A stretch of DNA of 64,000 nt. Source: TPA_inf: Saccharomyces (Eukaryota). Within the stretch, counting starts at the first letter, position 1. The number at the start of each line of letters is the position of its first letter. Made by a program: the position numbers and the translations under genes. Shown in pieces: positions 12,264 to 23,037 of the stretch. The stretch spans positions 1,184,001-1,248,000 of the forward strand of contig BK006938.2 in assembly GCA_000146045.2 (NCBI GenBank). The letters run 5' to 3'. A model generated the notes under the pieces. It did no database searches, was not told where the DNA came from, and saw only the letters and a list, made by a program, of their open reading frames with translations.

Positions 12264-12678
12264 ATTTGTGAGTTAATTAGCAATCCTATGAAAATGTGGG
12301 CCTCATGAACAATCTAAATGATAAAATTATAAGGACATAATAGATAATATATTGACAACTCTTTTTCAGATATTTTTTCTACCTCAATCTCATCGCGAGG
12401 AATATAGGCACGGAAAGAGAAACTCGTATAAAGTGACCACGGATATCGAGAATTTGATAATTTACCCTTAACTGAAGTTATGGCACAATATCTGTATAAA
12501 TTTTAATACATAATTTGCGGCAGGAATAACTGCAACAATACTCAAAGTTATTAGTGCTAGCCAGGCGATATTTTACATTAGGCTATTTTATTCCTTTTTC
12601 ATTTCAATAAAAAAAGATAGTTTTTTTCGTCAACAATAGTTCAATGTCACAAATTGTATTTATTACGTAAAGTCCATC

Positions 12679-14697
12679 TCATGACAGGTATTCGAGTGTT
12701 AATAGTCCAGCACTATTAGAAAATGCATAACATTTGCCTCCAGCGCTCGTTTCATTCCATTTTGTACATGTTATATTAATGCCGTGCGCATCTATTTTAG
12801 CTTTACTAACATCGTTGACCGTCAGCGGATACACTTCATAAGAACTATCAATTCTATATTTGTCATCTTTTATGCTATAATCCCATTTCCAAAGCCTTAA
12901 TGACTTTTGAGTTGCTGAACTGTTTTTAATGCCATGCAAAAGGCGCCTAGCTGCGTTGGTTATAATAAGACTTCCATCTGCTGATCCAGCAAGGACCATT
13001 GGATGTAATCTTGACACCCCAATGGCCGTTATGGTCGTCTCTCGCGACACTAAAGGATGAACTGCGAAAGCAGCCCTAGACGGCACAGCCCTTAAGGAAC
13101 TTGCACCATCTGAGTAAATATACGAGTAGATTTGAGGACAATAAACAACTGGAACCAAATTACTTCCCCTGAATCTGGACACCGTGGTCTTTGTTGTAGC
13201 AATGTCTTTTGGATTGAAAATGTAAAAGTAGCCGTCCACCGCAACTGTACTGACGACTGTATCTTCAAAATCTGAATAGGCTGTTGAAACGGATAATATG
13301 TAGGAGTCATGGACTTGGTCATAAAATGAAGGCACTTCAGGATCAGTCAAGTCAAACTCTGCTACAAATCCGTTCTTAAAGCCACAAACAACAGTAGTAG
13401 GAGATAAAAAATCAAAAGTAGTTATCAAACTGTCTGCCAGGGATAAAGTCAAAGAAGGCTTCTCACACATCTTAAACACGTGAACATCGGTTGCATTATC
13501 AATAATTTCCAAAAAATTTATTGTCCCTTCCTGGCTTACGAATGATAAACAGCCAACCAGATGAGGTGCGTGACATCCTTCGTGCCATTTAAGATCCCAC
13601 ACTTCACCAAATGAGTGTACAATGGTTTGAACTTTTACGCAATGTAGAGTAGAAGTATTCATTTTGAAAATTTGTATACAGGAGGAGTGCTTCTCCTTGT
13701 CAAACATTTCTAAATGCTCGTTCAAAGGCTCATCCATGTACTGTGATACCGCGACGGCTAAATATTGTATATCCTTGCCTATATCAGTATTTTCCTCTAT
13801 ATTAAGCCATGCAATATCTGTTACCAATCCTCCTACGTTGTAAATAAAGCCGCGCCTTTTGCCGTTAGCAAGCACCGGAAACTCTATTTTATCGCCAGTG
13901 GATACCTCTGCATCAACTTCCCCGATAAGTAACTTCAATCTCTTCGTTCTCAATTTGATCATATTCTCAAATTCAGTCTTATTAATTTCATGATATACGG
14001 TTCTGTTTTTATCCCCTATGACTTTATTATATGCACTTTCCTTTTTACACGGTGGATCTAAGCATACAAAATATGGAGAATCAGGCTGAATATTCTTGAA
14101 TGGGAAATCGAAAACGCTAGTTTCAAAGCCTTCCTTAACTTTTGCTAGCAACAATAACTTTTCCTTATTCAGTCCATAAATTCTTTCAATCTTGTCTCTT
14201 GCACTCGAAAGATCTTTTAGGAGCCTGATGGGACGGCCCTTCTGTCCTAGACTTGACCCTGGGGAGCTGCTCTTCATATTTTTAGTCGAATTCTTCTTCA
14301 AACGAAGTTTCTGTACAGTATTTCTTCTTCCACTGGGTCTAACAGAAGCTCCACTTCCACTACTGTTTAAATCCGCCACCTCATTTTTAGTAGACTCTAA
14401 CTCATTCTCAAATTCTATCTCAACATTGTCACTTTCCTCACCATCACCTTCATCATTCAATACAAAATCATCATCGTCGGTGTCATCAACATTATTGACT
14501 TGTGTAGTATTTATCACATCATCGCGACCAGCATGCACTAATTGTGCGAAATTTGCAACTGCTTTCTTAGATGCGTTTCTCCTCGGCCTTTTACTGCCTG
14601 AGTTTTCAGATACTGGGCTTGCCAAGCTATCATAGGGAACTTCTGCTACCACAGATTTTCTAGGTCTTCCTCTTTTCTTTGCCGGTATTACTGCCAT
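12679..14697 (-). CDS. TFC6: TFIIIC tau91 subunit (WD-repeat), about 672 aa; an in-frame Met two codons upstream (14703) is an alternative start
   Basis: The 674-aa ORF begins MAMAVIPAKKRGRPRK. Its basic N-terminus and WD-like C-terminus match Tfc6. Confidence 0.82.
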   Translation of the reverse strand: MAVIPAKKRGRPRKSVVAEVPYDSLASPVSENSGSKRPRRNASKKAVANFAQLVHAGRDDVINTTQVNNVDDTDDDDFVLNDEGDGEESDNVEIEFENELESTKNEVADLNSSGSGASVRPSGRRNTVQKLRLKKNSTKNMKSSSPGSSLGQKGRPIRLLKDLSSARDKIERIYGLNKEKLLLLAKVKEGFETSVFDFPFKNIQPDSPYFVCLDPPCKKESAYNKVIGDKNRTVYHEINKTEFENMIKLRTKRLKLLIGEVDAEVSTGDKIEFPVLANGKRRGFIYNVGGLVTDIAWLNIEENTDIGKDIQYLAVAVSQYMDEPLNEHLEMFDKEKHSSCIQIFKMNTSTLHCVKVQTIVHSFGEVWDLKWHEGCHAPHLVGCLSFVSQEGTINFLEIIDNATDVHVFKMCEKPSLTLSLADSLITTFDFLSPTTVVCGFKNGFVAEFDLTDPEVPSFYDQVHDSYILSVSTAYSDFEDTVVSTVAVDGYFYIFNPKDIATTKTTVSRFRGSNLVPVVYCPQIYSYIYSDGASSLRAVPSRAAFAVHPLVSRETTITAIGVSRLHPMVLAGSADGSLIITNAARRLLHGIKNSSATQKSLRLWKWDYSIKDDKYRIDSSYEVYPLTVNDVSKAKIDAHGINITCTKWNETSAGGKCYAFSNSAGLLTLEYLS

Positions 14698-14893
14698 CGC
14701 CACAACTTAATATATTATTACACGTATCGCAATGGAGCAAGTTAGAGAAATTTCGCTAATGGATCAAAGAGTACTAGCTTTAGTTTTTAGGACATGAAAC
14801 TGCTCTTACTGAGTAGAAATCAAAGCTTTAACAACTCATCCAGGCTTTCTCGAACAAAAAATGGAATGTTGTTTATCTTCTTTTGCAACGTAG

Positions 14894-14906
14894 GGTTTTC
14901 GAACCG
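14894..14906 (-). promoter_or_regulatory. B-box-like TFIIIC binding site (GGTTCGAAAACCC on minus strand) in TFC6 promoter, i.e. the ETC6 autoregulatory site
   Basis: The sequence gggttttcgaacc on the plus strand is the reverse complement of a near-consensus B box (GGTTCGANTCC). It lies about 200 bp upstream of the TFC6 ATG. Confidence 0.55.
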
Positions 14907-15182
14907 CAGCTTTCCGGGTGATACTGAATCCCTTCTATTTCCTTACAGAAGACAGCAAATTTTATTGTAGCATATAAGAAAAGAAATGACAGGCAGAGGA
15001 GGGACCAGCATGCCTATGAATTCCCAATACCATATATCACTTTGACAGCGTATATCGCAATTGAAATAGAACAACTTTTCATTATTACTTCAGAATTCAT
15101 TTTAAAGTGATTGCGAACACGGATTATAGCCCTGAACAATAAAAGGCAAGAGAAAAAATCATTTGTTTTAGGCTGTTAACAG

Positions 15183-16553
15183 ATGACCGGTGATTCCAGA
15201 AGCATCAGCGAACCCTCAATTAATCTAGATCCAGATAATACAAGTTTTTCTGATGAAAACAGCGATGACTTCTTTATGGACAATTCCTATGATATAGATG
15301 AAATCGATCATAGCGATGAAAGTAATAGGCAAAGTGTCATAGTTGACTCTAAAGTCACGGTACCGCCATCAAAGCATTCAACTCTAACATTATCTGATAG
15401 TGAAGATAGCGACGCAAAGGAACAACATCAGTCCCTGAGCAGATCATCTAGTAAAAATGTAAATATAGAAGATATTACGGAGCCCAAGCCAGACAAACCA
15501 TCGGGTCGAACTAGAGGAAGATCTGTGATGAAAGAGTCTGTAGTTGAAATAAACTCATCTGAATCTGACTTAGACGAAGACAAAAATTTTCCCAGATCTA
15601 GGTCAAGGTCCAGGTCAAGCATAAGATCAATATCTCCAGCGGGAAAATACAAGCGACAGAAAAGTTCATTACTGTATACCTATGATGAAAACGATGACTT
15701 TTTCAAGGAACTTGCTAAAGAAGCCAAAAAAAGCACCACTATTTCTAAAGAATCGACACCCGACCAGCGGAAGCGAGTTTATAACATCAAATTTCTCTCT
15801 AAGCTAGAAGGAACTATAAATAAAGCGGTCCAAGTGAAGGTCCTCGGAAAATACGAATTTTCAAAAATACTTCCTGCTGCTTTGGACGGATTGATGAAGT
15901 CCTATAAAATTCCGAAGGTAATGAAAGATATATACAAGGTAGAGAATGTTACTCTTTATTGGAACAATGCAAAATTACTCACTTTTATGACTTGTAATTC
16001 GCTACATATCCCACAGGATTTTGAAAATGAAGTCTCTGATATCGATGTTACTATCGTATCCAAAGAATACGAAAAGAACTTTGAAGCGACACTGGAATCA
16101 AAGTTAAAGGAAGAAGAAGCTGCTTTACTCATAAAAGAACGTCAGGAGATGGAAAGGAAGTTAGAGAAAAAGAGAAATGAACAAGAAGAGTCCGAATATC
16201 GCGAGTTTGAATCCGAATTAAAAAACGTAGAAGAAACACAAGAAATAAAAGAAAATGATACAGTTATGAATACAAAACTTCTGCAAGAGGGTGGCTCTTT
16301 GTCAGGAAATAGTAGTAGCATGGAAGAAGTTATGAGAATCGCTCTCATGGGTCAAGATAACAAAAAAATCTATGTCCATGTTAGGCGTTCAACACCATTT
16401 TCTAAAATTGCCGAATATTACAGAATCCAGAAACAGTTACCACAAAAGACGAGGGTTAAATTACTTTTTGATCATGATGAATTGGACATGAATGAGTGTA
16501 TAGCCGATCAGGATATGGAAGATGAAGACATGGTTGATGTCATTATTGATTGA
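15183..16553 (+). CDS. ESC2: SUMO-like-domain protein involved in sister chromatid cohesion and silencing, 456 aa
   Basis: 456-aa ORF with an acidic, Ser-rich N-terminus and an (RS)n stretch. Matches Esc2. Confidence 0.88.
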   Translation: MTGDSRSISEPSINLDPDNTSFSDENSDDFFMDNSYDIDEIDHSDESNRQSVIVDSKVTVPPSKHSTLTLSDSEDSDAKEQHQSLSRSSSKNVNIEDITEPKPDKPSGRTRGRSVMKESVVEINSSESDLDEDKNFPRSRSRSRSSIRSISPAGKYKRQKSSLLYTYDENDDFFKELAKEAKKSTTISKESTPDQRKRVYNIKFLSKLEGTINKAVQVKVLGKYEFSKILPAALDGLMKSYKIPKVMKDIYKVENVTLYWNNAKLLTFMTCNSLHIPQDFENEVSDIDVTIVSKEYEKNFEATLESKLKEEEAALLIKERQEMERKLEKKRNEQEESEYREFESELKNVEETQEIKENDTVMNTKLLQEGGSLSGNSSSMEEVMRIALMGQDNKKIYVHVRRSTPFSKIAEYYRIQKQLPQKTRVKLLFDHDELDMNECIADQDMEDEDMVDVIID

Positions 16554-17456
16554 GCGCAATTTGCTAAAAAAGGCCGAACTCCGGCTCTTTACGTGCCACA
16601 ATTATTATTTACTATGGGCGGCGGGTGTGTTGGTGGTGCTTGCGGTACTTGTAAAATATTTTCTGAATATAATTGAATAAGACCTTTTGTGTTTAAATCA
16701 TACTCGGGTAATTCTCTGTTCAAAAAGTAGGTGCTGACCCTCTTCTACCTTCCGTGAAATATTATAAAGGAATTTTTCCATCTCTAACTCAACATGTTAA
16801 CGCTTTTCTATAAAAATTTGATCGCCTAATGAATACAAAAATCTCTTCAGCTTTTTCGTGCTAGGTTTGAATAGTACATCTAACGTAGAACAACTATCAA
16901 AACAATTTGATATTTCCTCGGCTATAGTTTTCTTGGAACAAGAGGTAAACTACTTCTCTATTGTTGCTACAGCAGTCAATTAAAATAATTCGTTTCATCA
17001 TAATATTATGATATCAACGCTAAAAGGTTGTATAAATTACGAGATCAGCAGAAAATAAAATTCAAGCCATCATCCTTTAAGGTGATTTGAAGGGCAAGAA
17101 TTGGTAGTGTAACTGCATCAATGAGTGATTAGGTGAAAACGAAGAAAAATAATAAATATGGTACTGTGCAGAATTGTTGATTTTCTTTTTTGAACTCTAA
17201 ACCATCAAGAATGGCTTTCACCCACTATTGTTACACATAGTACTATTACTTACACCAAGATGGGATCCGACAAATATCTCAACACTATATTGGTCTACAT
17301 GCTTTATCGATTGCTCCTTATTTACGTATTTCTATAAATAGGGCGTACTTTACCAACAGTGATCATGGATGCAAAAAATGTGAATACATTTATATGGAAA
17401 AAAGGTTTATATCAATATATTTTAAAGTGATTGAAAATTACTGATGTGTTTGATAT

Positions 17457-17666
17457 TGTTGGAATAAGAATCAACCATCATATACCCGACTAACGTTCAT
17501 ATTATTAGTAAACTATCATATACAACCTAAGAAGTTGACATAAAGATTGACAAGCAGTTACCATTTTTAGTAGAAGTTGAAAAGCAAGAATTGATAACCA
17601 AATATTGTTTTCCAACAATGCAATCCCAACCCTATCTCAATATTCATAGAATTCACTTATTTCTCA
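17457..17666 (+). repeat. Degenerate, internally deleted solo delta (Ty1/Ty2 LTR) about 85 bp upstream of tRNA-Lys
   Basis: Starts TGTTGGAATAAGAATCAACCATCAT and ends ...CAACAATGCAATCCCAAC...TTATTTCTCA. It is collinear with the Ty1 LTRs at 22704 and 28288 but only about 210 bp long, with many substitutions. Confidence 0.7.
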
Positions 17667-17749
17667 GTTTAATACATGATGATGCATCTTGATATTGAGA
17701 AATTATATGTATTATCCCTTTTTAACCTTTAAAAGGTCACAAATAAATA

Positions 17750-17822
17750 GCCTTGTTGGCGCAATCGGTAGCGCGTATGACTCTTAATCATAAGGTTAGG
17801 GGTTCGAGCCCCCTACAGGGCT
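17750..17822 (+). tRNA. tK(CUU): tRNA-Lys (anticodon CUU), intronless, 73 nt
   Basis: GCCTTGTTGGCGCAATCGGTAGCGCGTATGACTCTTAATCATAAGGTTAGGGGTTCGAGCCCCCTACAGGGCT. The acceptor stem pairs correctly, the anticodon loop is CT-CTT-AA, the A box is at 17757-17768 and the B box GGTTCGAGCCC is at 17801-17811. Confidence 0.95.
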
Positions 17823-17847
17823 AATAACACATTCAAAATGTTATAAA

Positions 17848-17855
17848 TTTTTTTT
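17848..17855 (+). terminator. Pol III terminator T8 run downstream of tRNA-Lys
   Basis: TTTTTTTT begins about 26 nt after the tRNA 3' end. Confidence 0.5.
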
Positions 17856-18127
17856 CGGGTTTGTGTTTAAAACTAACCTTCTAAAGAAAACAATAAAAAT
17901 TATATCAACATTTCCTCATGTCTTTGTAACCTACTAGTAGGGATTTTGAAGGGCTGAAAGCTTCTTAGTTCTGTCGGATCCATTATATTATCATTATTTA
18001 CGAAACTAGTGCTATGGGTGGCGAACGTGGTGGGCGTTACCTTTTAAAGTCCTAATGGAAACCTACCTATGCATAAAGTGAATAGAGTGGCAATAAAAGT
18101 CGAATAATAGTACAAATACGCAAAAAT

Positions 18128-18397
18128 ATGAGTACGGACGTTGCTGCTGCACAAGCCCAAAGTAAAATAGATTTAACAAAAAAAAAAAATGAGGAAATAA
18201 ATAAGAAGTCTCTAGAGGAAGACGATGAATTTGAAGATTTCCCCATTGACACATGGGCCAATGGTGAAACAATAAAAAGCAATGCTGTAACGCAAACAAA
18301 CATATGGGAAGAAAACTGGGATGATGTTGAAGTTGACGACGATTTCACCAATGAATTGAAGGCCGAATTGGATAGATACAAACGGGAAAATCAGTGA
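18128..18397 (+). CDS. SEM1: 26S proteasome lid subunit / DSS1 homolog, 89 aa, acidic
   Basis: The 89-aa ORF MSTDVAAAQAQSKIDLTKKKNEEINKK...DDDFTNELKAELDRYKRENQ matches Sem1. Confidence 0.9.
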   Translation: MSTDVAAAQAQSKIDLTKKKNEEINKKSLEEDDEFEDFPIDTWANGETIKSNAVTQTNIWEENWDDVEVDDDFTNELKAELDRYKRENQ

Positions 18398-18842
18398 GGG
18401 GCTACATAACATTATTTCTAAATAACGCAAAAGGAAATTATACGTCTAATGTTACTTTAGTACATTGTTGTCATACTAGTATATTTTGCTTAGATGATAA
18501 AATAAATAATAAAAAGAGATACGAAAGGCTATGCGGTAGTCGATTATATGGCCTTGTAGTATAATAATGATGCACGCAAAGTATTAAATAACTCAGCTGA
18601 GATTTCTCATTTCTTTAAATGCAGTCTCAGTTTAAAAAATTAACTATATTAAGATCCGCTCTTTCTACCATATGATGCAAATGTGTCCTCGAACTAGTAC
18701 TTGCAATTTCAGGTAACCCCAATCGTTTCTTTATTATTGTCATTTTTACTATCATAATAATATCATCCGTAATAACAATTAAGTAACAAATCACATCCAT
18801 GTAACCATTTAATTTGTTTCAAGTAACATTCCGAGTGAATAG

Positions 18843-20210
18843 CTAGTCACATACATATATCTTACCTGCCGCTCCGCTGCAAATGACTTTACTTGTTTCT
18901 TGAGGATGCCAGTCCACTTGAGTTATAGGCTTGTTGCCTGGAATCTTGATGTTATTTAATAAGCGCGACGTATTCCAATCCCAAGTAAATAGTCTGCTTT
19001 TTGAATCGCCTGAACATATGTAACGACCATCACCAGAAAAAGCCAAGCTTATCCCATAACCAGCAGATGAATGCCCTTTAAATATCTTTTTTGGATGCCT
19101 CTTATATTTGGGTTTCAAACTGAAAGAATATATTCTATTATCCATGCTTTGTGCACAGAAATAGTTCTGAGACGGATGTACATTTAAAAATGGCATAGAA
19201 TGTTGAGCCGTGTCACTTATTTGTTTTATTGGTACATTGATCTGATTTTCCCAAATTCTTACCGTCTTATCCTCTGAAGAAGAAATAAACTTCGAACCAT
19301 CGGGAAAATACTTGAGAGCCAGAATGCTACTTAGGTGATGATCATATGTCTGCACAAGACCTTGATTTTCTGAAACACGATCATCATAATGTAATATTTT
19401 CGAATTCGATAAACCTACAATGAACTCATGTGGGTTAGTGGGCCGAGATTCAACATCTGCAGGCGTTGAATTAAGGTGCAACCTGGTTTTCACTTTACCA
19501 GTTTCAGTATCCCAAATTTTAACGCTTCTATCAAAGGAAGAGCTCAAAAAAGATTGACAGTCTTCGGTGAATCGTAATGCTTTAATAGGCTTGTTATGAC
19601 CTTGAAAATCTCGTAGGCATTCATAGTCATGGTAGAAATCCCAAATTTTTATAGTATGATCATTACCACCAGAGAGAATTAAGTGTCCAGTTTTAGGTAA
19701 GAATTTCAGGGCAGTGGTTCCTTCTGGATGCCCCGGATAATTACGTATAACTTTTTTTGGTAAGTAACACCGAAAGGATATCCTTTCCTCACGAAGATCA
19801 ACATCGACGTCATTTGGTGGATATAAATATCCTCTGCCTTGATAGTCCTTTTCTGATTTACCATAAAAATGGGAGACTTCCTCTACCTCTATCTGTTCCG
19901 AATCTAGGTTGTCCTCAGCCAGCGCGTGCACGAAGATATCCTGATCTTCTTTCTGAGTTTCGCTGGCTTGTGAAGTTTCATCGTCACTACTTGACCAACT
20001 GCCCCACGGCCCATCTCCTTTGCGAGTTTTCCGTCTTCTTTTTAGTTCTGACTTTGTAAAATGTGATTTTCTCTTATGAATATTATTTGAAGAAGGTTCA
20101 TACGAAGTATCTTCATGCAAATTACCATTTTTCTTTTCATGAACAGATTTGCCTTCGTCGAAGTTCAAATCAGAGTCTGAGCTTGTGTCATAACCGTCTA
20201 CTAAACCCAT
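18843..20210 (-). CDS. CDC40: Pre-mRNA splicing factor Prp17 (WD40), 455 aa
   Basis: 455-aa ORF with C-terminal WD repeats (GH...WD spacing). Matches Cdc40. Confidence 0.88.
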   Translation of the reverse strand: MGLVDGYDTSSDSDLNFDEGKSVHEKKNGNLHEDTSYEPSSNNIHKRKSHFTKSELKRRRKTRKGDGPWGSWSSSDDETSQASETQKEDQDIFVHALAEDNLDSEQIEVEEVSHFYGKSEKDYQGRGYLYPPNDVDVDLREERISFRCYLPKKVIRNYPGHPEGTTALKFLPKTGHLILSGGNDHTIKIWDFYHDYECLRDFQGHNKPIKALRFTEDCQSFLSSSFDRSVKIWDTETGKVKTRLHLNSTPADVESRPTNPHEFIVGLSNSKILHYDDRVSENQGLVQTYDHHLSSILALKYFPDGSKFISSSEDKTVRIWENQINVPIKQISDTAQHSMPFLNVHPSQNYFCAQSMDNRIYSFSLKPKYKRHPKKIFKGHSSAGYGISLAFSGDGRYICSGDSKSRLFTWDWNTSRLLNNIKIPGNKPITQVDWHPQETSKVICSGAAGKIYVCD

Positions 20211-20496
20211 TTCATCTGCTCTTCAAAGTACATGCCGTGTTTGTTGCACTATTTGGCCAAAAATAAAGGAAAAATTTCAAGATTTTTTTTTTACCTCATC
20301 TCTAGCAAGGACACAGTACTCCCTCGTAAATAAGACAAAATACAAAAAAGAAAATTCAAAGAAATGGTATTACAAGAACCGGTCAGAGAAACATTACGAT
20401 AATTGATATCAACTACAAATCCAATGATGCATTCTTTATAATTGTACATATCTATTTGTATTCAAGTTTCATTTAAATACTATTTCATTGACTGCT

Positions 20497-22383
20497 TTAA
20501 ACCTTTACCTTCTTGGATGATTTGCTTTTCTTTTTCAACTTGTTTACCAAGTTACCAATATCTTCATTATCATCTGCGTTATTGGTCATATTGTTTTCAC
20601 TACCGCCAAGTTTTCTTTTCTTATTCTTAACACGTTTACTACGTTCTTTTAGGATTTTACTCATAGCTTGTGTACCTTTGAATTCAGGCTGGGTCGGGTC
20701 GATAGCAAAATCGTGATCTTCGAAGACTTCTTTAAATCTAGGATCTTCTAAATCAGGTGTAAAGGTGTCTTCAACAATTCTCTCTTTCTTTTGATACCGG
20801 CCTTTCTTGTGTTTTTCTTTTTCTGATCTTAAGATTTCGTTCATGTTGAAATGTGCTTTGTTATTTATTGTGCCCTGAGTTTCGGTATCATCATCATCAT
20901 CCATTAAAAGCTCCAATTCAGCCTTTGATTTGGCATTCTTTTCGATCTCCTCTTCATCGTTAGTATGCTTTTTATTAACAGATTTCAACTTGCTTTTCTT
21001 ATCCTTCTCCGACTGCTGTTTCAATTCCTTTACTTTCTGCTTTCTTGCTTTACGACGTTCCTTCTCTTTTCTTCTTATTTTCTCTATAGTCGTTTCTTCT
21101 TTGTCTTCCGACGATTTCTCGTTTCCTCCTTCCAAGGCTGGAGTAAATGTAATTTCCATATCAACTTCTTCATCTTCATCGTTAGGGGTTTCTTTCTTGG
21201 AATTAAACCCAAAGTCACCAACCAACGACTTTAGTTTATTTTTCGCCTCTTCATCGACCTGCCCATCCGATTCATCACTATCTGACGCCAAGTAAGCCTT
21301 AAAGTCCATATCATCAATTTCCTTTTGGGTAAAGGCCCTCTTAGCAACTTCGACCCTATCAGCTGGCGTTTCATCCCAGGTCAATTTGACGCTTGAATGT
21401 TGTAGAGCATCTGTGCTAAACTGGTGTGGCCTATAGTTCTTAGGCAATATACTGCATTCATCTCTTACATCATCATCAAAAGTCATACCATCAGGAACAT
21501 ACCTTAAATCGAACATATTAGCGGTTGACTCATATTCGGTACCATCACAGTTATCATAGATAGCTTTGGAGGTGGTTGTATCACTACAATAAACTATTGC
21601 GTAATAATATCTTAATCTGTCCAACTGGTATTGACGTAAAGCTCTGGAATCCACGTCCTTGTCAGCATCTCCCTCTTCATAAAGATCCTTAATACCGATG
21701 TCCATATCAGAATCAGAGTCATCAGTTTTCTTCTTTTTGGAGGTTTTGTTCTTATTTTTCTTTTGGAAAAGTTCCTTTGGAGGTCCTTCAACTTCCTCGC
21801 GTTGCATTCTTTCTTTACCAAATTCACTTGGATAAATAGCAACTCTTTCAATTTTACCACCTTTAGGAACGAAACTGGAAAAGGTAATCATCAAATCCTC
21901 AGATTTAACATGGTCCCAATCTAAATTTACGACGGCCAAATTCTTAGAGATGTCACCAGATTCTGGTTTGGCATTTTCAATTTCTACTTCATTTTCTTCT
22001 TCGCTTTCAACTTCACTTTCTCCGGACGATTCAGAATCAGAAGAAGTGAATTCATCAGAAGAGCTAACATAATCATCAGGAACTTCACCACGGGCACGGT
22101 CCACTACTGTTTTCGCATTAACTTCTGAATCTTCATCATTTTCTGCTTCCTTTTCGAAATATTTGTCGAAATCTTCCAATTCCCTGTTATTCTGCGCATT
22201 TTTGATCTTTCTACCATACTTGTCAACCTTAGATTTATGCTGGACCTCCAGATCCTTCTTACTGAACCTAGAATCTAACTTGATCTTATGATCTTTGGTT
22301 TTCGTGTTCTTAAATTTAGGATCGCTGTAGATCCCGGCAAACCTAGCATCTACACCTTCCTTCTTTGGGTTCTCTCCAGCCAT
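20497..22383 (-). CDS. ESF1: Nucleolar 18S rRNA biogenesis protein, 628 aa from MAGENPKKEG
   Basis: The ORF track gives 634 aa from an upstream Met. Known Esf1 starts at MAGENPKK. The protein is highly charged K/E/D-rich. Confidence 0.82.
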   Translation of the reverse strand: MAGENPKKEGVDARFAGIYSDPKFKNTKTKDHKIKLDSRFSKKDLEVQHKSKVDKYGRKIKNAQNNRELEDFDKYFEKEAENDEDSEVNAKTVVDRARGEVPDDYVSSSDEFTSSDSESSGESEVESEEENEVEIENAKPESGDISKNLAVVNLDWDHVKSEDLMITFSSFVPKGGKIERVAIYPSEFGKERMQREEVEGPPKELFQKKNKNKTSKKKKTDDSDSDMDIGIKDLYEEGDADKDVDSRALRQYQLDRLRYYYAIVYCSDTTTSKAIYDNCDGTEYESTANMFDLRYVPDGMTFDDDVRDECSILPKNYRPHQFSTDALQHSSVKLTWDETPADRVEVAKRAFTQKEIDDMDFKAYLASDSDESDGQVDEEAKNKLKSLVGDFGFNSKKETPNDEDEEVDMEITFTPALEGGNEKSSEDKEETTIEKIRRKEKERRKARKQKVKELKQQSEKDKKSKLKSVNKKHTNDEEEIEKNAKSKAELELLMDDDDDTETQGTINNKAHFNMNEILRSEKEKHKKGRYQKKERIVEDTFTPDLEDPRFKEVFEDHDFAIDPTQPEFKGTQAMSKILKERSKRVKNKKRKLGGSENNMTNNADDNEDIGNLVNKLKKKSKSSKKVKV

Positions 22384-22703
22384 CTTCAATTTTTCTTGCA
22401 ACCTTATACGATCCGCTGAAATGTCTTGAAAAATATTCCGGACCCACAGTTATGTGATATTTATTATTTGTACCATTATGCTAATGATGAATTTGAGATG
22501 AGATGAGATGAAATTTTTTCTGTAACTGAAAAATTTCGGAACGTCAATAATGATCGGTAGCCTCATCTGGGATATTTGGCCCGGCTCATATTGCTAATCT
22601 TTGGATATAGGGCTATTAGCAGATTTCAATCGTCCTCTCTTGGCATAGTAGACACAGAGTTGTATTTGCGCTTCTGAGCGATGCTTCCGAGATTGTTGAA
22701 GCA

Positions 22704-23037
22704 TGTTGGAATAGAAATCAACTATCATCTACTAACTAGTATTTACATTACTAGTATATTATCATATACGGTGTTAGAAGATGACGCAAATGATGAGAAA
22801 TAGTCATCTAAATTAGTGGAAGCTGAAACGCAAGGATTGATAATGTAATAGGATCAATGAATATAAACATATAAAATGATGATAATAATATTTATAGAAT
22901 TGTGTAGAATTGCAGATTCCCTTTTATGGATTCCTAAATCCTTGAGGAGAACTTCTAGTATATTCTGTATACCTAATATTATAGCCTTTATCAACAATGG
23001 AATCCCAACAATTATCTCAACATTCACCCATTTCTCA
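22704..23037 (+). repeat. Ty1 5' LTR (delta), 334 bp
   Basis: TGTTGGAATAGAAATCAACTATC...CATTCACCCATTTCTCA. The TYA ATG lies inside the LTR at 22997, as in Ty1. Confidence 0.9.

Noticed and set aside
16560-17456. Roughly 900-bp feature-poor stretch between ESC2 and the solo delta; I looked for additional sigma, tau or delta fragments or a snoRNA
   Set aside because: I could not recognise LTR termini (TGTTG...CAACA) or box C/D or H/ACA signatures by eye. A repeat-library search is needed before calling anything.
20930-21295. 121-aa and 89-aa plus-strand ORFs inside ESF1
   Set aside because: They are antisense reading of a K/E/D-rich (AAG/GAA)n region, with low complexity.
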